Of a DNA stretch of 64,000 bases, positions 62,780-64,000 are shown piece by piece. Location of the stretch: NCBI GenBank assembly GCA_963693365.1, contig CAVNZM010000002.1, positions 3,798,259-3,862,258 on the forward strand, written 5' to 3'. The DNA is from Amoebidium appalachense (Eukaryota; Protista; Ichthyosporea). Each line of letters starts with the position of its first letter. The stretch's first letter is position 1. The position numbers and the translations under genes were made by a program. The notes under the pieces are model-generated. The model did not search any database. It was not told the DNA's origin and saw only the letters and a list, made by a program, of their open reading frames with translations.

Positions 62780-63379
62780 GCCAGAAAAGTTCAAAACACT
62801 CACACGATCTCCTTCTGTCCCAACCCAGTATGCAAAGACCTGGGAAAAGATCTGCAAGGCCCGACAGAAGGCAGTCCTCAGCCTGTCAGCAGATGAGCAA
62901 GACGAGAAGGGAGACGACAAGCCCTCCACGAAGCAGTCCACGGCAAAAGACGACACCGGCGAGGTTTCTGATAACACTGGCATGGCGGCTGACGAGATGG
63001 AGAATCTGGCTCCAAGAAGCGGCCCAAGTCAGACGACGACTTGTCGGATGCCAGTGCCGGGCGCCCCATGAAGAACGGTAAAAAGGCCCAGGGCGTGGCG
63101 TCTAGCGTGGTGGGTGGTGATGTGCGTGGGTCATCTGTGTCTCGTGATAGAGCGGGTGGTTCTGATGAGCAGGAGGGTGTTGCGCAAGCAGGGGGGGATG
63201 ACAAGTATTGGGAGGAGTTGGCCAAGATTAGGGGAGGCAAAGAGGTGGTGGATGGCGATGTTAGTAGTGGCGGGGGGAAACGTGCGAGGGAAGTGAGTGA
63301 TGAGAGTGGGGATGAGAAGGGTGAAGGTGGGGTTAAAAAGCAGAAAGGCGATGTGGGTGGGAGGGTTGAGGATGATTAG
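62780..63379 (+). pseudogene. Fragment or terminal exon of a highly charged low-complexity protein with one frameshift (~62995)
   Basis: PEKFKTL...KTWEKICKARQKAVL...GMAADE continues in another frame as GESGSKKRPKSDDD...KKQKGD...EDD-stop; no upstream exons found. Confidence 0.35.
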
Positions 63380-64000
63380 AATGAGGAGGAATAGGGAAAG
63401 ACCCCCCCCCTCCCCCCCCCCCCCCCAGAGAAAAAAAAAAAGAATTAATACTTAGTTTTTGTCTCGTTTGGTGTAGTCCTCGCCTCTGCAGGGGGGAGAT
63501 AGGGAGATAGGGGGGAGATGTAGACTTCGTATTTTATTTGTGTGGTGATGTTTGTTTTGTTTTGTTTGTTTGTTTGTTAGTTTGTTTAGTTTGTTCGGTG
63601 AAGGTTGGACTCCTGTGGAGTCTAACAGAGTGAAATGGTCTCTACTCCTGTGGAGTGAAACTTAGAGATTTTTTAACATGAACAACTTGTGCGGTCTCTG
63701 CTCCAGTGGAGCAAGACATAAAGGAACAACAGTCTTTATGGTATCTCGTGTACAAATTGTGAAATAAGTTAGAAAGGTAAGAAGGAAGGGGGGGGGGGGG
63801 GGGGAGGGGGGAGGGGGCACAACGGTGGTGGTTACATTTCGTATTATGATATTACGACAGCTCGTAATCGTATATTACGATATTCCGTAATATTGTATTT
63901 AGTTAGTCATGGTATACTCGTAACATATTATTTGGCTATGCATAGGATATCTTATGGATGGGCAAAGAGCTGTCGTAATGATGTATACACGACATGCTAG

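Overview
Eukaryotic nuclear DNA with microsatellite- and homopolymer-filled introns; a unicellular holozoan/ichthyosporean-type genome is an inference only. Host genes lie at both ends. A partial minus-strand gene for a signal-peptide protein occupies <360-4451. A complete 13-exon plus-strand gene (49755-60027, 561 aa) combines a CAP-Gly domain with an MTUS1/CCDC69-like coiled coil. Between them is a ~41 kb nested transposon cluster. It holds a chromodomain Ty3/Gypsy element (9054-18067, TSD CTAGC) with an in-frame gag TAG and a solo LTR inside its protease, and two copies of another LTR family (8092-8863, a solo LTR, and 60808-61610). It also holds a decayed LINE 5' half (ORF1 plus APE) and two near-identical 5'-truncated LINE copies whose transposed unit ends ~197 nt beyond an internal poly(A); one of them has a twin-priming inversion. 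A non-autonomous Gypsy relative (35296-42529) splits an orphan multi-pass membrane ORF and itself hosts an RT-deleted Copia with a half-tRNAiMet primer site. A mosaic of shuffled short repeats and orphan ORFs (22.9-35.3 kb) is unexplained. No rRNA, tRNA or CRISPR array was seen. All calls come from reading the sequence; no searches were run.
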